Shown here: piece after piece, positions 54,404 to 62,420 of the stretch
Position numbering within the stretch: the first letter of the stretch is position 1
Layout of the letters: every line of letters starts with the position of its first letter
Origin: Anaerolinea sp.
GTDB taxonomy: Bacteria > Chloroflexota > Limnocylindria > Limnocylindrales > CSP1-4
NCBI GenBank assembly: GCA_013822395.1
Contig: PNKK01000013.1
Coordinates: 4,723 to 68,722, forward strand
Length of the DNA stretch: 64,000 nt
Direction: 5' to 3'
Notes under the pieces: model-generated
What the model saw: only the letters and a program-made list of their open reading frames with translations
Told to the model about the DNA's origin: nothing
Database searches by the model: none
Program-made: the position numbers and the translations under genes

Positions 54404-55036
54404 TCAGTCGGCTCCCTCCTCCAGCAGCGGGCCGACGGAGAACGGCCGGCGCGTCCCGCCGAGCGGCATGCCCCGCTCGTCGTAGACCGTGACGACGATC
54501 CACATCGTCCCGTTCGGGCGCGGGTAGGGCAGGTCGAAGCTCGCGCTGAACGTCGGCGCCCGCTCCGGACGGACCCCGCCATCCGGGTCGGTGACGTCGA
54601 TCGAGACGTGATCGAGGACGCGGTTGCCGCGCGCCTCGAGGAAGATCTCGACTCGCGCCGCGCGGACGAGCACCGAGCCCAGGACCGCCACCCGGCGCGT
54701 CGTGATCTCGACTCGTGCCGGCGCCGGGGACGCGAGGTCGACGACGTCGGTGACAACCGCCGTGCCGTGCCCGGGGGACTGGTGGGCCTGGGGCGACGAG
54801 GGCGACGTGGCGGGTTGTGCCACGTCCGGCTCGGCCGCCCCCGCCGGCGGAAGACCACGGGCAGTTCCGGGCTCACCCGCCCCGCCCGCGAGCGCCCCAA
54901 CCCCCGCGAGCGCGACCAGCCCGATCGCCCAGGCGCTCGCGATCAGCGGCCCGCGCCGGCTCGAGGGACCGACCGCCCGCGGCGCGAAGTCGACCTCGCG
55001 GAGCGGTGCCTCCTCGAAGATCGGGAGGTCGTCCAC
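54404..55036 (-). CDS. hypothetical membrane-anchored protein
   Basis: 210 aa. One TM (LIASAWAIGLVALAGVGALAG), then a beta-rich extracytoplasmic region. First gene after the aldehyde dehydrogenase on the same strand. No motif recognised. Confidence 0.5.
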   Translation of the reverse strand: MDDLPIFEEAPLREVDFAPRAVGPSSRRGPLIASAWAIGLVALAGVGALAGGAGEPGTARGLPPAGAAEPDVAQPATSPSSPQAHQSPGHGTAVVTDVVDLASPAPARVEITTRRVAVLGSVLVRAARVEIFLEARGNRVLDHVSIDVTDPDGGVRPERAPTFSASFDLPYPRPNGTMWIVVTVYDERGMPLGGTRRPFSVGPLLEEGAD

Positions 55037-55046
55037 GGCGCCCTGA

Positions 55047-56528
55047 TCAGGGCCGAAGGTCGATGAAGACGTTCTTCGTTTCGGTGTAGAGGTCGATCGC
55101 GGACATTCCGAGCTCCCGCCCGATCCCGGACATCTTGTAGCCGCCGAACGGCGCCTCGGTGTGAACGCTGCTGTTGCAGTTGACCGACAGGACCCCGGCC
55201 TGGATGCCCCTGGCGGTCCGGAGCGCCTTGCCGATGTCGCGACTCCAGACGGAGCCGGAGAGGCCGTACGGCGTCGCGTTGGCGAGGCGCATCGCCTCCG
55301 CCTCCGTGTCGAACGGGATGATCGACACGACCGGCCCGAAGATCTCCTCGCCGGCGATCCGCATCTCGTTGCGCACGCCGTCGAAGACGGCCGGCATCAG
55401 GTAGGCACCGTCGGCCAGGGCAGGATCCGTCGGCGCCTCGCCGCCGACGACGAGAGTGGCGCCCTCGGACAGGCCGATCTCGATGTAGTCGCGGACGCGG
55501 TCGCGTTGCTTGAAGCTCACGAGCGTGCCGACCTCGGTGGCCTCGTCGGCCGGGTCGCCGACCACGACCTTCCGCGTCGCCGCCGCAAACAGCTCGACGA
55601 CCTGGTCGTGGACCGACCGCTCGACGAGGATCCGGCTCCGCGCACAGCAGTCCTGGCCGCAGTTGTCAAAGACCGAATACGGGGACTCGGCCGCGAAGCG
55701 CTCGATGTCCGCGTCCGCGTAGACGATGTTCGGGCTCTTGCCGCCGAGTTCGAGGGAGACCTTCTTCACGTTGCCTGCCGCGAGTCGCATGATCTCCTGC
55801 CCGGTCGTCGTCTCGCCGGTGAAGGCGACCTTGCCGACGCCCGGATGCGCTGCGATGGCCGCGCCGGCGGTGCCGCCCGGGCCGGTGACCACATTGATGA
55901 CGCCGGGCGGGAATCCCGCCTCCAGCGCCAGCTCGCCGACCCTCAGCGCGGTCATCGGGGAGAGGCTCGCGGGCTTCAGGACGCAGGTGTTGCCCGCGGC
56001 GAGGGCCGGTCCCAGCTTCCAGCTGGCCATGAGGAGCGGGAAGTTCCACGGCACGATGAGCCCGACGACCCCGATCGGCTCGCGGAGCGTCAGGTCCAGG
56101 CCTGGCTTCGTCACCGGGATCGTCTGGCCGAAGATCTTGTTCGCGGCGCCGGCGTAGTAGTCGAAGACGAGGCTCGCGCCGACGACCTCGCCGCGAGACG
56201 ACGAGATCGGCTTGCCGGTGTTGCGGGTCTCCAGCCAGGCCAGCTCGTCCGTGTGGTCCTTGATGAGCGCCGCGAACTTCGCCAGCGTTCGGCCGCGCTT
56301 GCCGGCGGCCCAGGTGCCCCAGCCCTTCGGGTCGTCGAATGCCCTCTGCGCAGCCTCCACGGCGCCGTCGACGTCGGCCTTGCCGCCGAGCGGCGCGGTG
56401 GCAATGACGCCGCCGGTCGCGGGATTGACGATCTCGAACGTCTGCCCGTCAGCGGCATCGACGGTCTGGCCGCCGATCACCATCTTCAGGGCACTGATGC
56501 CGGCGGACGCGGTCTGGTCGATGGCCAT
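55047..56528 (-). CDS. NAD(P)-dependent aldehyde dehydrogenase
   Basis: 493 aa from the ATG at 56528. VPWNFPL, ELGGKSP and NCGQDCCA (catalytic Cys). The ORF 5' extension to 56696 is not protein-like. Confidence 0.9.
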   Translation of the reverse strand: MAIDQTASAGISALKMVIGGQTVDAADGQTFEIVNPATGGVIATAPLGGKADVDGAVEAAQRAFDDPKGWGTWAAGKRGRTLAKFAALIKDHTDELAWLETRNTGKPISSSRGEVVGASLVFDYYAGAANKIFGQTIPVTKPGLDLTLREPIGVVGLIVPWNFPLLMASWKLGPALAAGNTCVLKPASLSPMTALRVGELALEAGFPPGVINVVTGPGGTAGAAIAAHPGVGKVAFTGETTTGQEIMRLAAGNVKKVSLELGGKSPNIVYADADIERFAAESPYSVFDNCGQDCCARSRILVERSVHDQVVELFAAATRKVVVGDPADEATEVGTLVSFKQRDRVRDYIEIGLSEGATLVVGGEAPTDPALADGAYLMPAVFDGVRNEMRIAGEEIFGPVVSIIPFDTEAEAMRLANATPYGLSGSVWSRDIGKALRTARGIQAGVLSVNCNSSVHTEAPFGGYKMSGIGRELGMSAIDLYTETKNVFIDLRP

Positions 56529-56752
56529 CGGAGGAACCTCGGGTCTTGGAGGGCACGGCCGGTGGTCGTGGCTGCGCCCAAACGGGCCGGACGGACGTGG
56601 ACCGATGATACGCCTGAGGCACGCGGCGTCTTCCGCTCGGAGGCTAGAGCTCGCCTGTGGACACCACGGTCGGCGGCACGAGACGGAAGGCCTCACGCTC
56701 GGTGGCGCCGCACGCGCGTCACGCGCGCATCTAGGCTGGCGTCGTCGTCGTC

Positions 56753-57318
56753 GTGGTCGGGCTCGGGACGCTGGGTTTCGTGGCGTTCGAGGGCTGGTCG
56801 CTCGACGACAGCCTGTACATGACGGTGATCACGATGACGACCGTCGGGTTCCGGGAGGTCCGCGAGCTCGATGCCACCGGCCGGCTCTGGACGATGCTCC
56901 TTGCGATTGCCGGCGTCGCGATCATCTTCGGGTCGATCGGGATCGTCGCGGAATCGATCCTCAGCGAGGCGGCGAGCGGCAGGAGGGGGCGGCGACGAAT
57001 GACGGACACGGTGGGCGCGCTGAGCGAGCACTTCATCCTGTGCGGGTACGGGCGGGTCGGGGCGACGGTCGCCCGGGAGCTGTCCCATGCCGGCATCGCG
57101 TTCGTGGTCGTCGACATCAACCCGGCCTCCCTCGAGACGGCGACCCGTGATGGGTTCCTGGTCGTGGAGGGCGACGCCACGCGCGATGACGTCCTCCGCG
57201 CCGCGGGTGTCGACCGGGCCCGCGGGCTCATCACGACCGTCGACTCGGATGCCGTGGCGACGGGCTCATCGTGTCGGGGACGTCGGACACGCTCAAGCGG
57301 CTTCGCGAACGGGCCTGA
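56753..57318 (+). pseudogene. decayed K+ channel / RCK (TrkA-N...TrkA-C) gene with internal deletion and frame change
   Basis: Pore-like TMTTVGFRE, TM2 and TrkA-N (ILCGYGRVGATVARELS...VVDIN...GDATRD) run to about 57250. A different frame then reads GDGLIVSGTSDTLKRLRERA-stop (to 57318), the typical TrkA-C end. An in-frame TAG at 56732 truncates TM1. Confidence 0.6.
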
Positions 57319-57360
57319 CAGGCGGTCCGGCCGAACGGCCCGCCGCCATTCGTGCCGGCG

Positions 57361-57430
57361 GTGTCCCGCCCCTCGTGTCCCGCCCCTCGTGTCCCGCCCC
57401 TCGTGCCCCGCCCCTCGTGCCCCGCGCGCG
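57361..57430. repeat. 14-bp tandem repeat x5 (GTGTCCCGCCCCTC)
   Basis: Three perfect copies plus two diverged copies. The complementary strand is G-tract rich (GAGGGGCGGGACAC)n. Confidence 0.85.
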
Positions 57431-57768
57431 GGTGTGCGGGTGCGCGCGGCCTTGTTCTCCGTGGGCGAACCGATCGTCCGAATCGAGCCAGACCGGCGCT
57501 CATCGATGGTTCGATCGAGCCCGCCGGTCACCTCGAGCGGGGTCGGCGAGGGACCGTCCACGCTCGTCGCCGGGCGCCCGGGCCGGGCGCCCGGATCCCC
57601 AGATCGGACCGGCTCAGCCCGCCCGACGATTCGGCCGATTAGTTCGGCGGTGGCGAACACCGGCCTCGCGGCGCGCTCCCCACCGCGCCGTGGCAGACCC
57701 GAGCGCGTCCAGTTACGCTCGCATCCCCGGGCCTTGACCTCGCCCGCCCTCGTCCGGGCGGGAGGAGC

Positions 57769-58536
57769 TCAGAAGTAGTTCACCGTGATGCCGCCGTCGA
57801 CGACCATCGCCGCGCCGTTCGTCCAGCGCGACTCATCGGAGGCGAGGTAGATCCCCATCGCGACGATCTCCTCGGGCCTGCCGAAGCGGCCGGTCGGATT
57901 GCGGGCAAGCCGGATCCGCTTGGCCTCCTCGTCCTTCACGAGCCAGTCCATGAGCAGCGGCGTCTCCACCGGGCCGGGGCAGATCGCATTCGATCGGACG
58001 CCCTTCGGCGCGAACTGGACGGCGAGCGACTTCGTCAGCGCGAGGACCGCGCCCTTCGATGCCGTGTAGGCATCCTGCGGGTTGGAGCAGCCGATGAGGG
58101 CGACGAAGCTCGAGATGTTGATGATGGAGCCGGATCCCTGCTTCACCATCTGCGGGATGGCGTACTTGCAGCCGAGGAACACGCCGCGGACGTTCACGGC
58201 CATGACCCGATCCCAATCCTCGACCGAGGTGTCGATGACCGAGTGGTCCGCCTCAGGCATGATCCCGGCGTTGTTGTAGAGGACGTCCACGCGCCCGTAC
58301 GTCGCGATCGCGTGGTCCACCATCCCCTTCGCCGACGCCTCGTCGGCGACGTTCGTCGTGATGAAGGTCGCCTCGCCGCCGGCCTCGTTGACGAGCCGAA
58401 CGGTCTCCTTGCCGGCCGTCTCGTTGTACTCGGCGACGACGACCTTGGCGCCCTCGGCGGCGAACATGAGCGAGGCGACCCGGCCCATGCCGGAGCCGCC
58501 GCCCGTGATGATCGAGACCTTGTCCGTCAGTCGCAT
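57769..58536 (-). CDS. SDR-family oxidoreductase
   Basis: TGGGSGMGR cofactor motif, NNAG, and the S...YTASKGAV catalytic tetrad. Confidence 0.9.
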   Translation of the reverse strand: MRLTDKVSIITGGGSGMGRVASLMFAAEGAKVVVAEYNETAGKETVRLVNEAGGEATFITTNVADEASAKGMVDHAIATYGRVDVLYNNAGIMPEADHSVIDTSVEDWDRVMAVNVRGVFLGCKYAIPQMVKQGSGSIINISSFVALIGCSNPQDAYTASKGAVLALTKSLAVQFAPKGVRSNAICPGPVETPLLMDWLVKDEEAKRIRLARNPTGRFGRPEEIVAMGIYLASDESRWTNGAAMVVDGGITVNYF

Positions 58537-58725
58537 GGCCGTCTACCTCTCATGGGTTGCTCGCAGCGGTGGCAGCCGGCGCCGGCCGGCGGTTGATGAG
58601 ATCGGGCGGGGACCGATTGTCCGCGACACGGCGGCCTGCCCGCCGTGATGACCCACGCGGCGATCCACCTGTCACACAACAGCGTAGCCGTCAGAACCGG
58701 GGCTCGCAGGGTGGCCCCTCGCCAG

Positions 58726-59613
58726 TCAGGCGCGTGGGCGGATGTGCTCGGCGAGGGCCTGTGCTCCATCGGCAACGCGACCCGGCAACAGCAGGACGGA
58801 GGCCTCGATCGCCAGGCCGGCGGCAGGCCCGCCGACGGCGACGACGATGTCGGGGCGAGCCTCCCTGAGTGCCCGGGCTGCTTCGAGCGCGGGTCCGGCA
58901 TCGATCGCCGTCATGACGGCGATCACGGCGGCCACGGCGCGACTCTCTCCGGCGGCGAGTGCCCAGGATGCGACAGGAACATCGGCACCGAGGTAGACGA
59001 CGTTGACGCCAAGGCGTCGGAGCGCGACGGCGAAGGCCGAGGCGCCGATCTCGTGGCGGCTCCCCGCGGGAAGGCCCACGAGGACGCCGGGTCCTGAACC
59101 TGGCGTACCCCCTTGGGCGAAAAGCGCCGAAAGGCGCCGTGTCACCGCCGCGCTGGCGACGTGCTCGGCGGCGACGTCGATCCGGCCATTCGCCCAGGCG
59201 GTTCCGAGAGCGGCGACCACCGGCAGAAGGAGATCGTCCGCCACCGCCTCGAAGGACCCTTTCGCGAAGATCCCGTCGAGCTGTCGATCGAGTGCGGCGA
59301 CGTCGTAGGTGCGCGCGGCTTCGACGAACGATTCAGCGGGGCCACCGGAGGCAACGGCCGTCTGGACCCCGCCCCCGTGGAGATCGATCTGCGTCCCGCC
59401 GGGGCGGGCAACCTCCCCGGCGGCCTGCGCGGCGGCCCACCCGGCATCGATGAGACGGCGCATGGCCCTGAGGCGGGCAAGAGCCTCGTCGTCATAGAGC
59501 CGGTAGCCGCTCGGGGTTCGGGCCGGCTTGACGATGCCATACCGGCGCTCCCAGGCACGAATCAGCGAGACGCTGACGCCCGTTCGGAGCGAGGCCTGTC
59601 TGATCGTGTACAT
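58726..59613 (-). CDS. MerR-family regulator with cobalamin-binding domain (CarH/LitR-like photoreceptor candidate)
   Basis: MerR HTH (YTIRQASLRTGVSVSLIRAWERRYG). Four-helix-bundle motif W-x9-EH (WANGRIDVAAEH). Rossmann B12-binding region with RHEIG (xHxxG). Confidence 0.8.
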   Translation of the reverse strand: MYTIRQASLRTGVSVSLIRAWERRYGIVKPARTPSGYRLYDDEALARLRAMRRLIDAGWAAAQAAGEVARPGGTQIDLHGGGVQTAVASGGPAESFVEAARTYDVAALDRQLDGIFAKGSFEAVADDLLLPVVAALGTAWANGRIDVAAEHVASAAVTRRLSALFAQGGTPGSGPGVLVGLPAGSRHEIGASAFAVALRRLGVNVVYLGADVPVASWALAAGESRAVAAVIAVMTAIDAGPALEAARALREARPDIVVAVGGPAAGLAIEASVLLLPGRVADGAQALAEHIRPRA

Positions 59614-59641
59614 GGTTTGTCGATCCTACCACCCCAAAACA

Positions 59642-59682
59642 ATGGACAAAGTATTGACATCTCGGCCTGCTCATCGTATCGT
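59642..59682 (+). promoter_or_regulatory. candidate promoter with 11-bp-phased direct repeats
   Basis: ATGGACA (59642-48) and ATTGACA (59653-59) are 11 bp apart. TTGACA (59654-59), 17-nt spacer, TATCGT (59677-82). This is an AT-richer stretch between the regulator and DUF378. Confidence 0.45.
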
Positions 59683-59735
59683 TGAGGTCGGGACCCAGGA
59701 CAGAGATTGCACAAGACATCGATAGGAGGACACAC

Positions 59736-59954
59736 ATGCAGGTCGTCAAGACGCTCGCTCTGCTACTTGTCATCGTCGGCGGGCTCAACTGGCTGCTCGT
59801 CGGGCTGTTCAGCTTCGACCTTGTTGCGAGTGCCACCGGCTCGTCGTTCGGCGAGACCAACGTGATCTCGACCGTTGTCTACGCCCTCGTTGGAATCTCG
59901 GCCGTCGCCCTTGTTCCGACACTGGTCTCGTGGGTGACCGGCAAGAGCTCCTGA
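59736..59954 (+). CDS. DUF378-family small membrane protein
   Basis: 72 aa from the ATG at 59736, preceded by AGGAGGA (5-nt spacer). LLLVIVGGLNWLLVGLFSFDLVA is the DUF378 signature. Confidence 0.8.
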   Translation: MQVVKTLALLLVIVGGLNWLLVGLFSFDLVASATGSSFGETNVISTVVYALVGISAVALVPTLVSWVTGKSS

Positions 59955-59968
59955 CCGGACACGATCGA

Positions 59969-60002
59969 CCGGGCCTGCCGCCGCAATCGGTGGCAGGCCC
60001 GG
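59969..60002 (+). terminator. strong stem-loop between DUF378 and heliorhodopsin genes
   Basis: CCGGGCCTGCC (59969-79) pairs perfectly with GGCAGGCCCGG (59992-60002), 12-nt loop. No U-tract, so it could be an attenuator or processing site rather than a terminator. Confidence 0.35.
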
Positions 60003-60049
60003 CATGAACCCATTCGCCACGCACGGACCACGACGCACTCGGAGCATCG

Positions 60050-60862
60050 ATGACCGCCACCGCCATCCCCGCTGACCGGGCCCGATCCCTGGTCCGCTGG
60101 AACCGTGCCCTGACGTTCCTCCACGGCATCCAGTTCGTCGTCATGCTCGCCGTCGCGAGCACCGACGTCGCCTTTGCGCCGTTCATCCCGACCGTGAGGC
60201 CGATCATCGAGGACGGGGCCTTCGCCGGGATCGAGCCGACGAGCGTCGAGCTCTTCTCATTCCCGCTCGCCTGGCTCATCGTGTCATTCCTGGCGATGAG
60301 CGCGATCGCCCATGCGGCCGCCGGATGGCCGCTTCGCGCCCGCTACGAGGACTGGCTCGCCCGGGGCATGAACCCGCTCCGCTGGGTCGAGTACTCGTTC
60401 AGCAGCACGGTGATGATCGTCGCGATCGCCTACCTGTCCTTCATCCGGGACGTGCCCGCGCTCGTGGCCATCGCTGCCTCCAATGTGGCGATGATCCTGT
60501 TCGGCTGGAGCATGGAGGCTGCGAACGAGCGCCGGCGCGAGAATCCCGACTGGAAGCACTACGTCTTCGGCTGCATCGCCGGGATCGCCCCCTGGATCGG
60601 GATCTTCTCGATCCTCGTCGCGTACGGCGCCCAGGCCAACCTGCCGGTCGACGCGGGGATCCCGGCCTTCGTCTACCTGATCGTCGGATCGCTCTTCGTG
60701 GCGTTCAACATCTTCGCCGTCACGATGGTTCTTCAGTACAGACGGATCGGCCGCTGGAGCGACTACCTCGCCGGCGAGAAGACGTATATGGTCATGAGCC
60801 TCGTCGCGAAGTCGCTTCTCGCGTGGCAGGTCTTCAGCGGGACACTCCGCCCCGGTGGCTGA
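60050..60862 (+). CDS. heliorhodopsin
   Basis: 270 aa, 7 TM. Full-length resemblance to characterised heliorhodopsins: FLHGIQ, RWVEYSFSSTVMIV (counterion Glu), MILFGW, FGCIAGIAPWIG, YMVMSLVAKSLLAWQVFSGTL (Schiff-base Lys). Confidence 0.9.
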   Translation: MTATAIPADRARSLVRWNRALTFLHGIQFVVMLAVASTDVAFAPFIPTVRPIIEDGAFAGIEPTSVELFSFPLAWLIVSFLAMSAIAHAAAGWPLRARYEDWLARGMNPLRWVEYSFSSTVMIVAIAYLSFIRDVPALVAIAASNVAMILFGWSMEAANERRRENPDWKHYVFGCIAGIAPWIGIFSILVAYGAQANLPVDAGIPAFVYLIVGSLFVAFNIFAVTMVLQYRRIGRWSDYLAGEKTYMVMSLVAKSLLAWQVFSGTLRPGG

Positions 60863-60920
60863 TCCCCGGGGAGATCGCGCTCTGGCGCGTCAGCGGCGCG
60901 GGAGCCGAGCCGCCGTGGCG

Positions 60921-62312
60921 TCAGCCGCGCTCGAGGTAGCGCTCGCGCTCCCAGTCGTGGACGACGGAGTCGTAGACCTGCTGCTCGACGCGGGCGGCGT
61001 TCAGGTAGTGGTCCACGACGTCGACGCCGAAGATCTCCGCGGCGGCCTCGGAACGCTCCAGCTCCCAGATCGCCTCGTACAGCGCCCGCGGCATCCGGGC
61101 CACACCCTTGGCGATGTAGCCGTTGCCCTTGAACTCGGGGGCCAGCTCGAGGCCGTGCTCGATGCCGTACAGGCCGGCGCCGATCATCGCCGCGTACGTC
61201 AGGTATGCGTTCATGTCGCCACCGGGGAAGCGGTTCTCGATGTGGAGCGACGGGCCATGGCCCACCAGCCGGAAGCCGGTCGTCCGGTTGTCGCGGCCCC
61301 AGACCACGTTGACCGGCGCCCATGACAGCGAGGCGTAGCGCTTGTAGCTGTTGATGAACGGCGCGACGAACACGGCGAGCTCGCGCGACAGGGCCATCAT
61401 CCCGGCCACGAACTGGCTGAACGGACGGCTGATCCCGTACGGCAACCCGTCGGCCTCGTTGTGGCTGAGCGGCTGCTTTCCGGCAGCGTCCCAGATGCTC
61501 ATGTGGAGGTGGCCGGACGAGCCGGTCCAGGTGTGATCCGGCTTGGCCATGAACGTGATGCCCCACCCGTTGAGGTAGGCGATCTCCTTCGCGCCGTGCT
61601 TGAACAGGACGCTCCGGTCGGCCGATTCGAGGACGTCGTCGTAGCGGATGTTCACTTCGTGCTGTCCGGCGGCCGCCTCGCCCTTCGAGAACTCGATCGG
61701 GATTCGGGCCTCCGTCATCTGGTTCCGGAGCAGCCGGTGGAGCGGCTCTGCCTTGGTCGCCTGGAGGAGGTGGTAGTCCTCGTTGTAGGTGCCGAACCGC
61801 TTCGGGATGGCGAAGCCGTTCTCGGCGATGGTGTCCCACGAATCCTTGAGGACGTAGTACTCGAACTCGGAGCCGGCCTTGATCGAGATCCCGGCCTTCG
61901 TGGCCCGCTCGACCTGTCGTTTGAGGATCGTTCGCGGAGAGACCGGGATCTCCCTGTGCGTCTCCTCGTCGACGGCGTCGGACAGGACGAGCGCGGTCTT
62001 CTCGAGCCACGGGAGGACGCGGAGACTGTCCCAGACGGGCGAGGCGATCCAGTCGCCATAGCCGGTCTCCCAGTTCATGAGCGCGAACCCCTCGGGCGTG
62101 TTCATCTCCATGTCCGTGCCGAGGAGGTATGTGCAGAAGTGCGCCCCGTGGTCGATGACGCCATTCAGGAAGGCCTGGGCCTGAACGCGCTTGCCCATGA
62201 GGCGTCCCTGCATATCGGTGAAGGCCACCACGAGGGTGTCGATCCGGCCGTCCCGGACCATTCCCTCCAGCTCCTCGAGCCGGGCGTGCTTGCGATGGCT
62301 GGTGCTGCTCAT
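60921..62312 (-). CDS. glutamine synthetase-family ligase (GlnA3/PuuA-like gamma-glutamyl-amine synthetase candidate)
   Basis: 463 aa from the ATG at 62312. KPDHTWTGSSGHLHMSIW ATP site, NSYKRY and ENRFPG are GS type I family motifs. It lacks the look of a housekeeping GlnA N-terminus. Confidence 0.85.
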   Translation of the reverse strand: MSSTSHRKHARLEELEGMVRDGRIDTLVVAFTDMQGRLMGKRVQAQAFLNGVIDHGAHFCTYLLGTDMEMNTPEGFALMNWETGYGDWIASPVWDSLRVLPWLEKTALVLSDAVDEETHREIPVSPRTILKRQVERATKAGISIKAGSEFEYYVLKDSWDTIAENGFAIPKRFGTYNEDYHLLQATKAEPLHRLLRNQMTEARIPIEFSKGEAAAGQHEVNIRYDDVLESADRSVLFKHGAKEIAYLNGWGITFMAKPDHTWTGSSGHLHMSIWDAAGKQPLSHNEADGLPYGISRPFSQFVAGMMALSRELAVFVAPFINSYKRYASLSWAPVNVVWGRDNRTTGFRLVGHGPSLHIENRFPGGDMNAYLTYAAMIGAGLYGIEHGLELAPEFKGNGYIAKGVARMPRALYEAIWELERSEAAAEIFGVDVVDHYLNAARVEQQVYDSVVHDWERERYLERG

Positions 62313-62420
62313 GTGACCTCGCTCGGGACGCTCCGCAGGGTGGATGGAACCGGAAGTGAGGGGGCCGGCCGGCACGTGCCGGCCGGCCCCCTCACGTGCA
62401 TGCTGCTTGAACGCTTGGGA

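Noticed and set aside
57509-57575. A third copy of the hairpin repeat family
   Set aside because: Only partial similarity is present (CATCGATGGTTCGATCGAGCC, ACGCTCGTCGCC). It is too degenerate to call without a statistical model.
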